A stretch of 63,174 nucleotides of DNA, the filler included, from Octopus bimaculoides (taxonomy: Eukaryota): the NCBI RefSeq assembly GCF_001194135.2. It is 9 parts of 5 records of this genome, joined end to end, with 100 filler letters (N's around TTAATTAATTAA, not from the genome) between each part and the next. Parts side by side here need not be neighbours in the genome. Positions count along the whole stretch, not along the records: positions 32,145 to 39,051 come from NC_068989.1; positions 39,152 to 51,391 come from NC_068983.1; 7 more parts are not named here. One strand, 5' to 3'. The notes beneath the pieces are model-generated. The model saw only the letters and a list, made by a program, of their open reading frames with translations. It did not search any database and had not been told where the DNA came from. This document shows positions 35,126 to 49,517 of this stretch, piece after piece. How positions within the stretch are numbered: position 1 is the stretch's first letter; each line of letters begins with the position of its first letter. Made by a program: the position numbers and the translations under genes.

Positions 35126-35909
35126 TATATGAGCCAGCCTCAACACTAGTGTTTCTCCGAGTGGGTCTCAAGGAACACGAAACATTTCGTGATTAAATTT
35201 CTGGGAGATTGCGAGAGAAGATGTTTAATAAAATTCAATAAAAATTTGTTTTGTATGGTTTTTCACCATTTTAAACATTAGTCATTATATGCTTTTTTAA
35301 TGAATAAGATCTTTCTCTAAAATAATATTTTTTTTCACTAAATGCCTTATCAAAATTAGGGTGAAAGCAGCAAGCTACAGAATCATTAAAGCATTGGGAA
35401 AACTGCTCACGTTCTGAGTTCAAGAAATTGGAAGCTATGATCGTCACGGCTGGAATATCTCTGGCCCCCAGTTAAGGCTTAGTTAAAGTTAAACAACATC
35501 AACTATAAAACTTAGTTGTCATTAACAAAATTTGTGATTCGCGTCGTTCCATTTCTTGAAGCATGGTAAAGAGGTGAACAAGGATGATACCTGCACCTTA
35601 GGAGCAGGTATGAAGGGGCACAAAATTGTCTTTGGTTTATTATGCCTGTTATTAAAGTCAGATGGAGGGACGATGCAGAATGTGTCTCTACCCTCCCCAC
35701 TTCCTCTGATGTTGAGCAAGCACTCTGCTACGTCACTAACCATTTCTGATATTCTTGAAAGATTTGAAGATTTGGCGTCTATATCTAGCAAGTCGAGCAG
35801 AGACGTCTTTTCGTTGTTTTCTGCTGCTGCTGCTTTTGTTGTTGCTATTGTTATTGTTGAAACATCGCTGTTGTTGAGGTTTCTTTTGTCACTATTGGTA
35901 TTCAGTAGA

Positions 35910-36289
35910 GGCGCAATGGCCCAGTGGTTAGGGCAGCGGACTCGCGGTCGTAGGATCGCGGTTTCGATTCCCAGACCGGGCGTTGTGAGTGTTTATTGAG
36001 CGAAAATACCGAAAGCTCCACGAGGCTCCGGCAGGGGATGGTGGCGAACCCTGCTGTACTCTTTCACCACAACTTTCTCTCACTCTTATTTCCTGTTTCT
36101 GTTGTGCCTGTAATTCAAAGGGTCAGCCTTGTTACACTGTGTCACGCTGAATATCCCCGAGAACTACGTTAAGGGTACACGTGTCTGTGGAGTGCTCAGC
36201 CACTTGCACGTTAACTTCCCGAGCAGGCTGTTCCGTTGATCGGATCAACTGGAACCCTCGACGTCGTAAGCGACAGAGTGCCAACTACA
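35910..36289 (+). mobile_element. Young tRNA-derived SINE (family C) with intact Pol III boxes
   Basis: GGCGCAATGGCCCAGTGG (A box)...GGTTTCGATTCCC (B box), followed by a ~300-bp non-tRNA body rich in CpG. No acceptor stem closure or CCA/poly-T, so not a tRNA gene. Confidence 0.8.
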
Positions 36290-38329
36290 TTGGTATTCAA
36301 CCTCGCGTTGTTGTTGTACTTGCAGTAACTACTGCTGTTGTTGTTGTTGTTGTTACTATTTACAACCTGGTCAGGCCTAACTGAGCAAAATATTATGACC
36401 ACAGGCACTCGAACCGTGATCCGCTCATTATCTTATATATTTTATTATTTGATTTGATTTTCTTTACATTTTTTTTCTATCTCTATGGCTACATTGTCCA
36501 ACGTGTCTGCCCCGGTTATTTCGTTGCTACTGTTATTCTTCTTGTAATTGTTGTCGTAGTGGTCATCGGCATCAGCGTTATTGTTGTTGTTTTTGTTGTT
36601 GCTGATTTCGTCAACGTTGTAGTTGTTTATTTATTTATTTATCTATCTATTTATTTATTTATTTTCATCCATTCATTCATAACCACAGTGATGAATGGTT
36701 TACCGGATGCAATAAAAAATGTGCAGGAAACGGCTACGAAACTAGATACCAACGCCATTACACCCCGTGCCAACAGTCCCTGAACGACATTGTGTATATA
36801 TGCGCGTGACTGTGTGTGCGTGTGTGTACATATGCGTGTGTCTGTATGTGTGCATGTGTGTATGTGTACACATAAGAGGAAGACTTAATCTATGGCTCAT
36901 TTTAATACTCCAGAACCAGGGCATCCGTCTGTTGAAAACATTCACGTCTTCAAATCTAGAACAATTTCTGCTCTTTCTCTCACCAATCTCAGAACCCCTT
37001 AAAAAGGCTCATAAATTGTGCCATTCTTTGTCTAATGAAGCCATGAAAATGTGCATGCATTTTACTTGCACCTTTTGGGAAGATTTTTTTTGTCTTTTAT
37101 CAACTTGAATCTCGCTTTTGATTTTGCTTTGTAAAATAATGTCCCGGTCTCTTTTTCTACGGGGTTCCGCTACGGGGCTTGTTTTCGCAATAATTGCCAC
37201 TTCTCTCAAAATATGACTCATGTTGTGACATCTATTTTTATTTATTTTTTTACTTTGTGACTGATCGTTCAAGCATGACTCTAATTTCCTTTATTTGCAT
37301 TCTACCCAACTAACGTCTTACACATAAAATACTTTCAAGGTATTCTTTCTTGGAACGAATCCAAACTCTTGTAATTTTCTTTGATGGTTCTCCAGTTTTT
37401 ACAAATATAAGTTAAGGTTAGCAGAGCATTTGAGTTGAATAGCTGCCATCTCGTTTCAGCAAGAGAATATCCTGTATATACTTCGATAAAAAGAAAACAA
37501 ATAGAGAATTTAATTGTGCTGAACACTATTATAAAAATGCACTGAGAAAAGGCAGATTTAAGAACAAAATAAGATATATGAAAGAATGATAATCACGCAA
37601 TGATAAATCTAAAAGCAAAAAGCAAAAACGAAAAGCACTAATTTAGTCTTAAAGTAACTTCCAACATAAACAAATAATAACTAGTGATAACCAAAAATAA
37701 TTTCCCCGTCAATCGGTGGAGATTGAAAGAATAGAACTAGTCATGCGCCAAGGAACAAACTAAGTTCATTGCTATAATGCAGCTGTAACAACACAATGAA
37801 ATGTTCACTCACTAACAAACGCTTTCCGATGACATATTACTGGTATATTACAGAGGGACAATGTGAGGGTGGAGAAGGAAGTGCTGCCTTTCGGGCCTTC
37901 TCTGAGTATGCACTTGGACATAGAAGAGGACAACGAGGAGAGGACACTAGCCCACGAGTAACTCTTGAAGGCCTTCTCTCTTTTTAGGAATTATTCATTG
38001 CTTGATTTAAAATATCCATCCGCCTTTTGTGGTTGATAAGATAAAGAACCTCTTCTCCTTGAAACTACTGGCATTGTGCCCAAGTCGGAAAAGCGGAAAC
38101 CGCTTTATATTCCAGCTTTTGTATTCTGAGTTCAAGTCCCGCTGAGGTCGGACTTTGCATTTCATCCCTCCAGAGCCGATAAAATAAAGTACCACTCAAA
38201 TACTTAGGTCAAATACTTAGGTAAAAAAACGTAGGAAAAGAAACAAACGAGATTGTCATAACAGGGTCGTTCTCGATTCTTTGACTTCTCGGTCAAGGAT
38301 GAAATGAGATTGAGAGCTAAGTGTGGAAG

Positions 38330-38640
38330 AAGACGAGGAAGTAAGGAAGGAAGGAAGGAAGGAAGGAAAGAAGGAAGGAAGGAAGGACTACGACAAGGAG
38401 AATGTGAATGGGGTGGTTGGGGAGGAGGGAAAAAAAGGGGAAGCGAACGATGAAGAGGACGAGGAAGGGGAATAGGAGGAAGGGATGGCGGAGATGAAGA
38501 TGAGGGGTATGAAGAAGAGGAGGAGGAATGGGTGGAGATGGAAGGGTAGATGATGAGGAAGAGGAGGCGGCGGCGGAAAACGGAGGAGAAAGGAAGGGGA
38601 ACGAAAGTTGTGGGGTGGGGAGGATAAACAAGGACATCAT
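38330..38640. repeat. Purine-rich low-complexity tract ((GAAG)n, GA/GGA)
   Basis: Almost purely A/G on the plus strand. Confidence 0.85.
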
Positions 38641-38698
38641 TAAGTAAAGCTAATTATAGCGACGAACAGTGTGAGAAGTCAATAAAAGTTAAAGATAG

Positions 38699-38753
<55 letters not shown>

Positions 38754-39013
38754 CACCTACATTTATATATATATTATATATATATATATAAAACAAATAA
38801 TAAATGAGTATATGCATATATACGTATAAGTATGTGCATACCTACATCTACCTGTATATATAGGTGCATATCTGGGTACAGGACGTTGCAAACAAAACGT
38901 AGACAAAAAAAATAATAATAACCAGAGTACAGAAAACACACAAGCCACATAGAGAACATTTTCCTTCATCAGCTGCCTCTATTCTAACACAGGCGTTTCG
39001 AAGAGACACATAC

Positions 39014-39051
<38 letters not shown>

Positions 39052-39344
39052 NNNNNNNNNNNNNNNNNNNNNNNNNNNNNNNNNNNNNNNNNNNNTTAAT
39101 TAATTAANNNNNNNNNNNNNNNNNNNNNNNNNNNNNNNNNNNNNNNNNNNNGGCAATTTGTTCGTAGAACTTACTTCTTTTTCTTTTTTTCCAAAATTAC
39201 TTCGGATGTCTGTTTTCGATACAGGAGAATACGATTTTGATCGCGTTCCAAAATTTTATTTCCCTTCCCACCCTAATTTCTTAATTTTTAACTTTTTTCG
39301 ATTATTTAAATCCACGGAGTAAAAATGCTGAGATTATGAATCTC

Positions 39345-39737
39345 TCTTTACTCAATTACTTGCTTCAGTCATTTGACTGCGGCCATACGGGAGTACCGCC
39401 TTTAGTCGAGCAAATCGACCCCAGGATTTATTCTTTGTAAGCCTAGTACTTATTCTATCGGTCTTTTTTGCCGAACCGCTAAGTTACATGGACGTAAACA
39501 TACCATCATCGGTTGTCAATCGCTGTTGGGGTGGGGACAAACACAGACACACAAACATACACACATATACAAACATATATATACGACGGGCTTCTTTCAG
39601 TTTCCGCCTACCAAATCCACTCACAAGGCTTTTGTCGGCCCGAGGCTATAGTAGAAGACATCTGTCCAATGTGCCACGCAATGGGACTGAACCGGAATCA
39701 TATGGTTGGTAAACAAGCTACTTAACACACAGCCACT
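39345..39737 (-). mobile_element. Near full-length SINE family B
   Basis: Reverse complement begins gagtggctgtgtgttaagtagcttgtt...ggttcagtccca..gcgtggcaca.tggacagatgtcttctactatagcctcgggccg (tRNA-like head then CORE-like segment). Confidence 0.9.
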
Positions 39738-40079
39738 CGGGAATTTTTTTTTTTTTAATTTCAATAACCCTAGTCCCACCACGCTCAAGCATTACCTCCC
39801 TGCTTGAAACATTGTTGGCTTCACAGAACATATACTGAAGCGTGCGGTCTGCCAAAACTTTTAAGAGATGGCCCTTTTCACAATGAAGCAGCTATCTTTA
39901 GATGTTGTTGACCTTCTGCAATACGGTTACCTCTACGTCTTTCTCCGGCATAAATTTCTTTGCATCTCTAACCAAATTCCCTTTTTCGTACAAATTAATA
40001 TACTTTAATTTATTTCTTAGGCTTTTACCGTTCATCAGCTATTAAGCCATACATCGATCCATTGCTACTGCGCCACTTC

Positions 40080-40330
40080 TGCATACCAGCATAACACACT
40101 TGTTTCCTAGAAGCACAGCGCCTTTATACATGTATGCCAAACCTCCCATATCAGTAACCCTGTTTACTCATATACTTCTATATATGCATATTGATACAGT
40201 CCCAAATGTCCCTATTTTATTGTGTTGGCCTCAACATTCATATAAACAGCTTCTAAGTGACCCAATTTTTTGCCATGAAATTGAGCTCCTAATATTGTTG
40301 TATGAGATATCAAAAGATTGAGCAATCTTT
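40080..40330 (-). mobile_element. Possible decayed RLE-type non-LTR retrotransposon C-terminus
   Basis: IGTFGTVS...MYKGAVLLG resembles IGALGTV...LQKAALLG ends of R4/NeSL-like ORFs; heavily disrupted. Confidence 0.3.
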
Positions 40331-41690
40331 CGGCTACGTGCATAAATAAAGATTTTTGCACAGCAACCCTATTTTGTTACAACAATCAACACCAAAACGA
40401 CGCTGGGTTTCACAATTTCGAGGTCATTTTACGAGCAATGTTAGAATTTCTGTCTAAATCTAATCTGCCATTGTACAAGTTTTGGAGTCAAAAATTTCAG
40501 AATGTTTCATCAGAAAATGACCGAAAAACATGTTTTTAAAGAAGAGTTGTTTGCATGATACTCCGTGTGTGTCGATTCTGCTTGTGAGAAAGGAAGAACT
40601 AATACAACGTTGCTGTAGGTCATAACCCTCTTTAAACGCCGGGGATGCATTGCTAGTGTACGTATATAGTTCATCTTTCATCTGTTTCAGTAACTAGACT
40701 CCCTTACTGGGATACCGCCTTATAGGATATTAGTCGTAATAGTCAACCCCAGTACTCATTTTCTCTTTAATTCTGGAACATATTCTATCTTTGCCCGAAC
40801 CGCTAACTAACAGAAATGTAGACAACTCAGCCCCAGTTGTCGTCTCCCCCTACACATATTTCAATATTTTCGATTCTTCATTTTTGGTGCTGATATACAC
40901 TTCATCATGGTAGTGACCTACTTTCTTCAATATATCTAAAGCTTAGCAATTTAACAATTTCGCTAATTATTAACGCAGATAAATGACACATACTCCTCAA
41001 TGTCGTTTTATTTTTCATGATAATATTTGTAAATTAGCCACCGAATAATTTGGCATCATATATAATTGAAACATTATCACGTCAGAATCTTTCACCGTTT
41101 CATTGCGATAAAATACTCTGCCCAGCAGCCAATATTGTATATGTAAAACAAAAACAACTCTTATAACCCAAGAATATAATAGCCATTTATCTTAATTAGA
41201 TTTGGAGGAATTTGCATTAATGTAATTTCCAGTCGTATGGTATATTCATGAACATTTGGCTTGGAAGAACTGGAAATTAATTACAGAAGCTATAGTAGAA
41301 AGTACAGAAAGAGTTCATTGATAAATAAATATGAGAAAGAGCATATTGAATATTAGGGAACATTATTGTTCCAGATGGATTTCTAATTAAGCTGTTTCCA
41401 TATTATTCAAATTAACTTAATTACCATTCAGTCATATTCGCATATAAAATGACAAAAGAAGCACGCTACGCATATTTTTCTTTCATGATTTCTTGGTCAA
41501 AGCTGAAATGTGCATTGAATTATAAAACATCCATATGGCGTTATGGCTCGTAATTTTACACTCATAACTGAAAAGCGGTTTATTCCATTGGGGAAATCCT
41601 CGGAAATACGTATATGTGATATTTTATTGGAGTTTACTGAATTGAGTATTTCTAGATAAACAATGATACTATTTTCTCATTTATTCATAG

Positions 41691-41965
41691 ACAATTTACG
41701 TGATCAGTCGATCTGTTAGCAGTAAAAGTGCTCATAGCTCAGCTGTTAGATATTTAAAGAAAGTAGGCGTTGATGCTTTGGATACATTTTTCACGTGTGT
41801 CCGAAATCGTGTTGAGCTCGTGTTTAACAATATTATTGAATACGTTATATCTGACAAGGCAGAAACAAATGTTTTGCAAATGTGTGTTCAATGCATTCAA
41901 GATAAAGGCATTCAGCAAGCAGGAGAATCATCGATATACATTCATTTTGTTCTTACAATACAGAT
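41691..41965 (+). CDS. Candidate isolated coding exon (275 nt), unidentified
   Basis: ttttctcatttattcatag|ACA...AT|gtaagc brackets a stop-free frame TIYVISRSVSSKSAHSSAVRYLKKVGVDALDTFFTCVRNRVELVF...; not STARD3-like. Confidence 0.3.
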
Positions 41966-44785
41966 GTAAGCGTGTTTCAAAAGCAAATTTAGTGACATGA
42001 AAAATATGAATGGCGAACATGAATGCAGAACGCCACATAGAGAAGCACAAACGGAAACAAATGAACACACACACACACGCACACACACACACACACGCAC
42101 ACACAAAAGTATACGAAATGAAAACATGTTCTGTATCACATATGTTCACAGATAAGCGTATGTATAAATGTATATATTAGGTTTGTACACATTAGTCCAC
42201 TGAATGTATGTGTGACTGAATTGTACATATATGAGTGTCATGCATTTCCAGATATCTATTATACATATTTGTATAGTGATACACAGAGGCGTACAGTCAG
42301 TTTTTTTTTTCTTTGCCTCATGATATTGTACTTAAAAGAGGACTTTATCTAATGGCAATACCCAGACGGGCGCTTTCTCAGATCTATCATATATGCAACT
42401 TCCAAAAACACTTAAGTTTACTTTTAAACTCAACAGTTCATATTATACAAAGAAAGTAAAGTAGATAACGTAACGTCCAAAATTGTAAACTTGTTAAAAT
42501 TGTAAAAATCACAGCGAATGTGATAGTTTTAGCCATTTTGATCATAGATTCAGCGTGCATCAAAAACAATAATAGATACGGCAATGTTCCTGTATGATAT
42601 ATGTAAACCAAAGTTCAATGAGTTAGGTTTGGCTTGCTTCAGCAATCATCTGTAATTATGTCAGAACAGTTCGAAATAATCCATATGTCCTGAGGGGAGT
42701 GTGAAACGTTGTGCTCATTATAATAATGTCTAAAAAAAATCTCTTGCTGAATTACACATGAACCAACCATGCCTAAAAGTAATGTCGACGCACAGAAGGT
42801 CAGTAAAATGAAATGAAATGTTTTTCACGCAGATACACATAGATAGACAAGTACATTCATAGATGTATCTATACGTAGTTACAATTCGATAGATATTAAT
42901 GTTCATCGATGTGGCACAAAGCCTAAATTATAGAGTATATGTTTTACTACAATCGCTACTTTGACACAAACGCACAGATATTAGTGAACCAGGCGGTCTG
43001 CAAGTTTAAGTGAGTCACATATATTTGATAACAGAGCCTCGGTTTCATTTTCGCTGTTTATTTTATCATTCTCTTTTTGCTTCTAAATCATTTTTCTTTC
43101 CTATAAAACATTTTGGCATTATTTCTCTTATATCTCTATGTACGACTTTATTCATAGTTCTTTCTTTACTCTCTCTTCATAAACTTATTTATATTTTCTC
43201 ATGTCTCCTTTATTATTGTTGATGTTTTCCAAACTTAATACTTTTCGTGTAACCATTATTCATTTCTTTTTTCTTTTTTTCTTTTGATTCCTGTGTTCCA
43301 GTTCTTCGTTATATCTGTCAGTTTGTTTTCGTTGATTGTATTTCCCGTTAACATGCAAATTAGCAATTATCTTTCTCTTACGCAAATCAGAACACATATA
43401 TTTCATGTTCACAAGACATGTTCGATGAAATTTCTGTTCTTTGCAAAGCTGCTTGGCACTGTTAGAAAATCTTTGCTCATTGGGAAATTGCCAAAGAGTT
43501 AACGCTGCAAAGAATCGTTAAGACAACATTAGCATTCGTTCGTTTTACCAATGCCAAGCGATGTAGAAGTTCGTCTGAAGCAGTATTTATTCATTCGATT
43601 TTTTTAGAAATTTAGATGATTTCTTCTGGTCACCTCAACAAAAATGGTTGTCGCGGGAACATAACCATAATTAATGACTGACATTTCTATAGATAATACA
43701 TTGTGTTCAACTTGAATACGAAAATGATATTTACTCAAGCTTCACAGTACACAGACTCTCGTATATTCAATTCAGGTGCATAATTTATCTGATGTTAAAT
43801 GCACACATACACAGTTTTATACTGTGGGTATTATATTTTTTTACCTTATATACATATGTATAGGATTCACCATTTGTATAGTCATCATTCCATTGCGTGT
43901 GTCTGTGTGTGCGTGCGTAAAGGTATTCGTTTCAGTGAAGACTATACTTTAATTCTCATTCATACCATACACTACGATAACGTTTTTATTCCAACCTGTA
44001 TTCATGTATTAATCTTACACCCTAACAAGGTAAATATCTTTTTGTATCTCTCATCCCCCCTCTCTCTCTCTCTCTCTTTGTTTCTCACTTTCCATCTACC
44101 TATATGTCTATCTATCTATCAACCTCCGTTTGTCGCCTCTCTCTCATTCGAAGCAACTCTGAGGATTTGCCTTTAGGATTTGACTGAAATTAGGAGATAA
44201 ATACATACTACAATTCCGTTGAAACTTGTTCAAATTGTCATCTCCCCCAAGATCCTAGAGAATATATTTCTAAACACAAGGTCAAGCCGCTTTGCTTTGT
44301 GAAGTTTATCTTTACGCAACGAGTGAGGTTAATGGGTTATTCAAATGTATAAAATATCTTAATCGATATCTTATCATAGCCACAATGCCGCTCTCAACTG
44401 TCTGTCCAATTTCATAATTTCCCACATTCCCTAACCCTCTACAGCAGGATGAACAGCATGGTTCCTCACTGAACCTCATTATGATTTGTGCCTTCATTGA
44501 CAACAACGATACGACAGCATATTTGATTCTATTTTCTATTGTCCATTCACTCGTAGCTAACATTGTAATACCGCAAAGTAAAAAGCTGTCACTCTGATGA
44601 TGGCTTCTGAAGACGCCAAAACCCAAATGTACTTAACAATTATATCGGTAACATTAAAAATATCGACTGTCTAAATCTATATAAAGCATGAGTGATTTTT
44701 AACACAGAATAGGTTAGAAAGCTTTTCAGACATATATTGAAACAAACGCTAACAAATACATATCACACACACACACACACACACA

Positions 44786-44836
<51 letters not shown>

Positions 44837-46219
44837 CTGATATACACACGTCCTTTCAATCTTTTATTTAGCTCCATCAAAGGATTGTAGCTACGCTGTG
44901 TTCCACACTCGCTCACTTACACATACGTCACACACATACTTGCACACACAAATATTTATGTATATTAAGAGAAACGTGTATTCGATTAACTGGCAGATGT
45001 AGCAGACACTCTTAAATATATTTGTATTCGTTTATGTGTACAAATATATATAAGTTTTGTGTATAGCTGGTAACATGAATTTATTTTATGTAGTAATGTG
45101 TGTGCGTGTGTGTCAGCACAAGGTATCAGTAGGTAATTGGTGTACGTGTTTGAGCTCACATTGCAGTTTAGAATGTTTAAAGAAAATAATTGAATTAGGC
45201 GAGGGCAATTGTAAAATTTCGAAGAGATGTCACATAGCGAGGCATCTATGGCAACCTCGATAAGAGAGTTGTCATTGAGACAAATAGTAGCAAATATTGA
45301 TTTCTGCGAAAAGAGGAAATGACAGATGTGACAATGGGTTTCCTTATCGGTGAGTTAGTCATATGTGGATGTTAGGTCTGTAGGTAAACGGAAATTTTAC
45401 ACAACGATTTGTGTATGATGAATGAAGTTTTAGATGCCCTAACTTGTTTAATTATCTACTTAAATCATCGAGAAAATTAACGATTATATATGTCGGCGCA
45501 TTGAAAGAATATCTTGCCAAATTATTCTTTCCCGTTTTCTCTCTCACCCTCACTTGCCTTATTGCTTTCCCTTTATCACTCACCGTTTCTCTGTCATGTC
45601 GTTTAACAGCCAGCTTCAACAAGTTATAATTAAAAAGATAAGAACCCTCTACCTCCATAACATTCTATTGATTAAACGCCTTAAATTAAATGCTTCAACT
45701 AGCTAACACTACACGGCAAAAATAATACTATTAAACTCAACGCTAGAGAAAATAGAAAAACAAATGCGATATTGTGAAAGAAACATTGAACAAAAAGTTT
45801 AAATATCCGCAAGTAAAATAAAAAGAGCAACACTAGTAATTTTTATTCAAGCACTTAGAGTGCTGAGATCAAATTCTACTTTGAGGTCAACATGGATCAT
45901 TAAATTAGCATTTCGCCCTGTTTCTCCCAAAGGTTTGCATCTTTGGATTATATACAGGAGTACTCCACATTGATGCTGGCCTATAGGCCAGATATTCAGT
46001 GTGAAGGAAACTTATTCACTAATCACTGAGAGCCTGTGAAGTGCCGCGACCACTGTCTCTCATTCCTCGTTTGGTGACAAAGTATTATTTAATTTGTTAC
46101 ATACAATTAAAATCACATGTTCATTAACAACCAGTTATACTCACCTATCTTCAAAAGCATGCTCTGCTAGGCACTGTTCCGCGGATTATTATCATTATTA
46201 TTGTTATTAATATCATACC

Positions 46220-46385
46220 TGTGGCTAGCTAGCAGGATCGTTAGCACGCTAGGGCATTTCGTCTGTTTTAACGTTCTATGTTCAAATTTCATCGAGTTTG
46301 ACATTGCCTTTCATCCTTTCGGGGTCGATAGAATAAATGCCAGTTGTGTACTTAGGTCGATGTTATCAACTTATCCCCACCTCCG
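46220..46385 (+). mobile_element. SINE family A copy
   Basis: gctagcaggatcgttagcacg...ttgcctttcatcctttcggggtcgata. Confidence 0.8.
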
Positions 46386-47029
46386 AACTTAGATATGTGA
46401 AATTAATTCAAACTCATGGGATATAAATGATGTCATACAAGTTGGCGAATGCATTTTACGAATGCATGGACGAATCCGAATGACTAATTTTAAATACAAG
46501 AATGCTCACAAAGATTTGTAATATAAACAATTACATATATCTATGTACATTCACTTACACGCGTGCGCCCGCAGGGGCACACACAGATATATCCACAACC
46601 TACACGCATACTTGTTATCGAAAAGATTCGTCCACAGGTTACTAGATGAGCTCTCATTCACACAACTCTGTCATTAAGTAGAAACTTTCTAGACATTCTA
46701 AGAAAATTCGAAACACTTTTATTGTGAAATTAAATTCAAACTTTCAGCATAAAATGTCTAGATGGAAAGTCACTGTCTTTGTAGTATAAATCTGAGATCG
46801 TTTTACGTGAGCTGAGCCACCAACTATTGGTGAATAAAATTTCTTTGCAACACACACGACGGGCTCACGAACACGTAGACACAACCACACACGCACACAC
46901 ACGTAGATAAATGATAGAACAATATAGAGAATTGGGGAAAGTTAAAGTAATATTTATTTTACTAATCTTTATTCCTTTATAAACTACCGATTTTTCTACA
47001 TTAGCATTTTATTTTTATTTTTTTGCATA

Positions 47030-47290
47030 CGCGGAAGTGGTTGCGTAGTAAGAAACTTGTTTCCGAACTACGCAGCTCAAAGTTCAATTATACGGCTTAG
47101 CAGCCTTGCCAAATGTCTTCAATGATAACCTTGGCTCAGTCAAAGCCGTGTGAGTGGATGTGATAGAAACTAAAAGATGCCCATGCCTACACTTTATATA
47201 TCAAGTGCGTGTATTTCTGTGCACGTGTTTGTGGTTGTCATGCACCTCCGCTTGACAACAGGAGTTGATTCAAAATCGCAACCTCAAGAT
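47030..47290 (+). mobile_element. Diverged SINE family B
   Basis: gcggaagtggttgcgtagtaagaaacttgtttcc...ccttgccaaatgtcttc...gtgagtggat... Confidence 0.7.
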
Positions 47291-47749
47291 TCGCTATCAG
47301 TAACATGAATGCATTGTGGCCGATGTTCTTGCTCACCGCTAATATTGCGATGATATGTTCCCAAATGTTATGCCTCTCATTCGAATATTCTTAAAGTAAA
47401 GGCGAGGCTGCAATTACTATTCAACAACGATTGTTGGTCTGCTTATATCCCTGTCATATTTTGAGGCCCGGGCTTTAATAAAATAAGTTCTATAGTTGAT
47501 TCGTTGTACTAAACCCCTTCGAAGCGTGATCCTAATATGGCCGCAGTCCAATGACTTAGACAAATGAAACGATATAGAAAAGATATTTACTGCATTTCGT
47601 ATGGCACTTTCTATTTTGTTCTGTAATATGCACGTCATTTCATACTAAACATGGTTTTTTTTTTTGAAGTATATGAAATAAAGGTAGACTTATGGAGAGT
47701 CGTATGTACGACGGGTCTAATTAGTAACTAAGATCTTTAGATAGATAGT

Positions 47750-47810
<61 letters not shown>

Positions 47811-47827
47811 CATGTACATGCATAAGT

Positions 47828-47870
<43 letters not shown>

Positions 47871-48534
47871 AGAGGCTGATAGACTTTTATGTTTAATGAA
47901 TATATTTTATCTAACTTTAAATACTGTATATAAACGGTAGAAAAAAAATTGTAATAAATAGTACAGACATATTATCGTTATATGAATGTATATATGTGTA
48001 TAAATATGTTTATACATGTATATATGTGGATAAATGCATTAACGTATATGTATGGATATACCTGTCTTTATATATGAGCGAAGCATCAAAGACACAAGTT
48101 AACAATCTGAAACGCACAAAGACCATTGACTTCTTTTAAACATTTATTGTTTGTAATATGGTGCTTCCTGGTCACTAGCAAAAATGTGACTGTGTGTGCG
48201 TAAGTGTGTGTAGGGAAGCGTGTTGAAAAGGCCTGGTTGCAGGCCCAATCTTCATAGTTCTTTTGCAAGGCTTAGAGACACTGATGGGGCACAGCAATTA
48301 GTGTGTAAATCTGAGAGGGTAATATGATGAATAACATCATAATTAACTGATCTTCCTGTATTTTGTTTTACGCCAAACCAGGAACTTTTTATTACCCCCA
48401 TCTAAGTGCGTGCGTGAGTGCGATTGTGCGTGTGTGTGTGTATGTGTGTGCGTGTGTGCGCGCGCGCGTCTGTGACTTTATAAAAGGCATTGTCACAAAT
48501 ATAAGGCAATAGTGAAATCTACTTTCGTGTTGTT

Positions 48535-48910
48535 TCTTTTATTTGTTTCAGTCATTTGATTGCGCTGATGCTGGGGCACCGCTTTGAAGAAATTTAGTCG
48601 AAGATATTGTGCACAGAATTTTTTTCCTTTTTATACGCTTACTGCTTATGCTATTGTTCTCTTTTGCCCAACTGCATCGTTATGGGGACGTAAACACAAC
48701 GACACTAGTTGTCAACTGGTGGTGAGGACAAAAACAAGCATATAGACATATACACGGGGAGCTTATTTCAGTTTCCGTCTACCAAATCCACTAACAAGTG
48801 TTTGGTTTGCGTTATGCTCTAGTAGAAGACGCTTGCCCAAGGTGCCATGCAATGAGATTGAACCCAGAAGCATGTTGATTGGAAGCAAGCTTCTAACTAC
48901 ACCTGCACCT
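48535..48910 (-). mobile_element. Near full-length SINE family B
   Basis: ttgtttcagtcatttga...tcagtttccgtctaccaaatccac...cttgcccaaggtgcca... Confidence 0.88.
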
Positions 48911-48989
48911 AAATACACACACACACACACACGCACAAACACACACACACACACACACGCACAAACACACACACACCCACACACACACA

Positions 48990-49041
<52 letters not shown>

Positions 49042-49478
49042 TGCATACCCATTGTAACTTGTTAGCTGGATAGTAATTCATGTATGAAATTACATATAAT
49101 AATTCATGTATGTAATTACATGTAATTCATGTAATTATATGTATATAAGCATTTACGACTATGCATATGTGTATGTATTTATTTGAATTCATGTGCTGGA
49201 GAGTCATTTCGTCAATGCCAACATACCTTAATACACAGTTATCAAAACATTTCTCCACTTCGGAGCATACACAATGCTGCAAACTTTGAGATGCTGAAGA
49301 AGCAGAGCAAAACGAGGCTAGAGATGTTTTGGCAAAAACACTTGCTTACAATTTATACTTATCATCACATACACTTCCACGCATTAGCTCACAAAAAGGA
49401 TGTATTCTTCTTCACATATAGTCAGAAGCATACACACACAGACACAGACACACACCTCCCCCTCACTCCCTCTCCCCA

Positions 49479-49517
<39 letters not shown>

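Noticed and set aside
35910-35985. tRNA gene
   Set aside because: A and B boxes are present but there is no acceptor stem or terminator, and it continues into a SINE body.
36990-37560. Lys-rich minus-strand frames that might be retroelement ORF remains
   Set aside because: No diagnostic motif; could not distinguish PLE, Tx1 or chance. The same applies to 7470-8070 and 58200-58620.
38955-39010. Minus-strand GAAAC...CTGATGA as a type-II hammerhead
   Set aside because: Position 17 would be G and no helix I forms; at best a scrambled remnant.
44588-44635. CTGATGA-T-GGC...GCC-AAAAC as a functional hammerhead
   Set aside because: G12 is lost (probable CpG decay) and there is no helix I; counted only as a fossil in the census.
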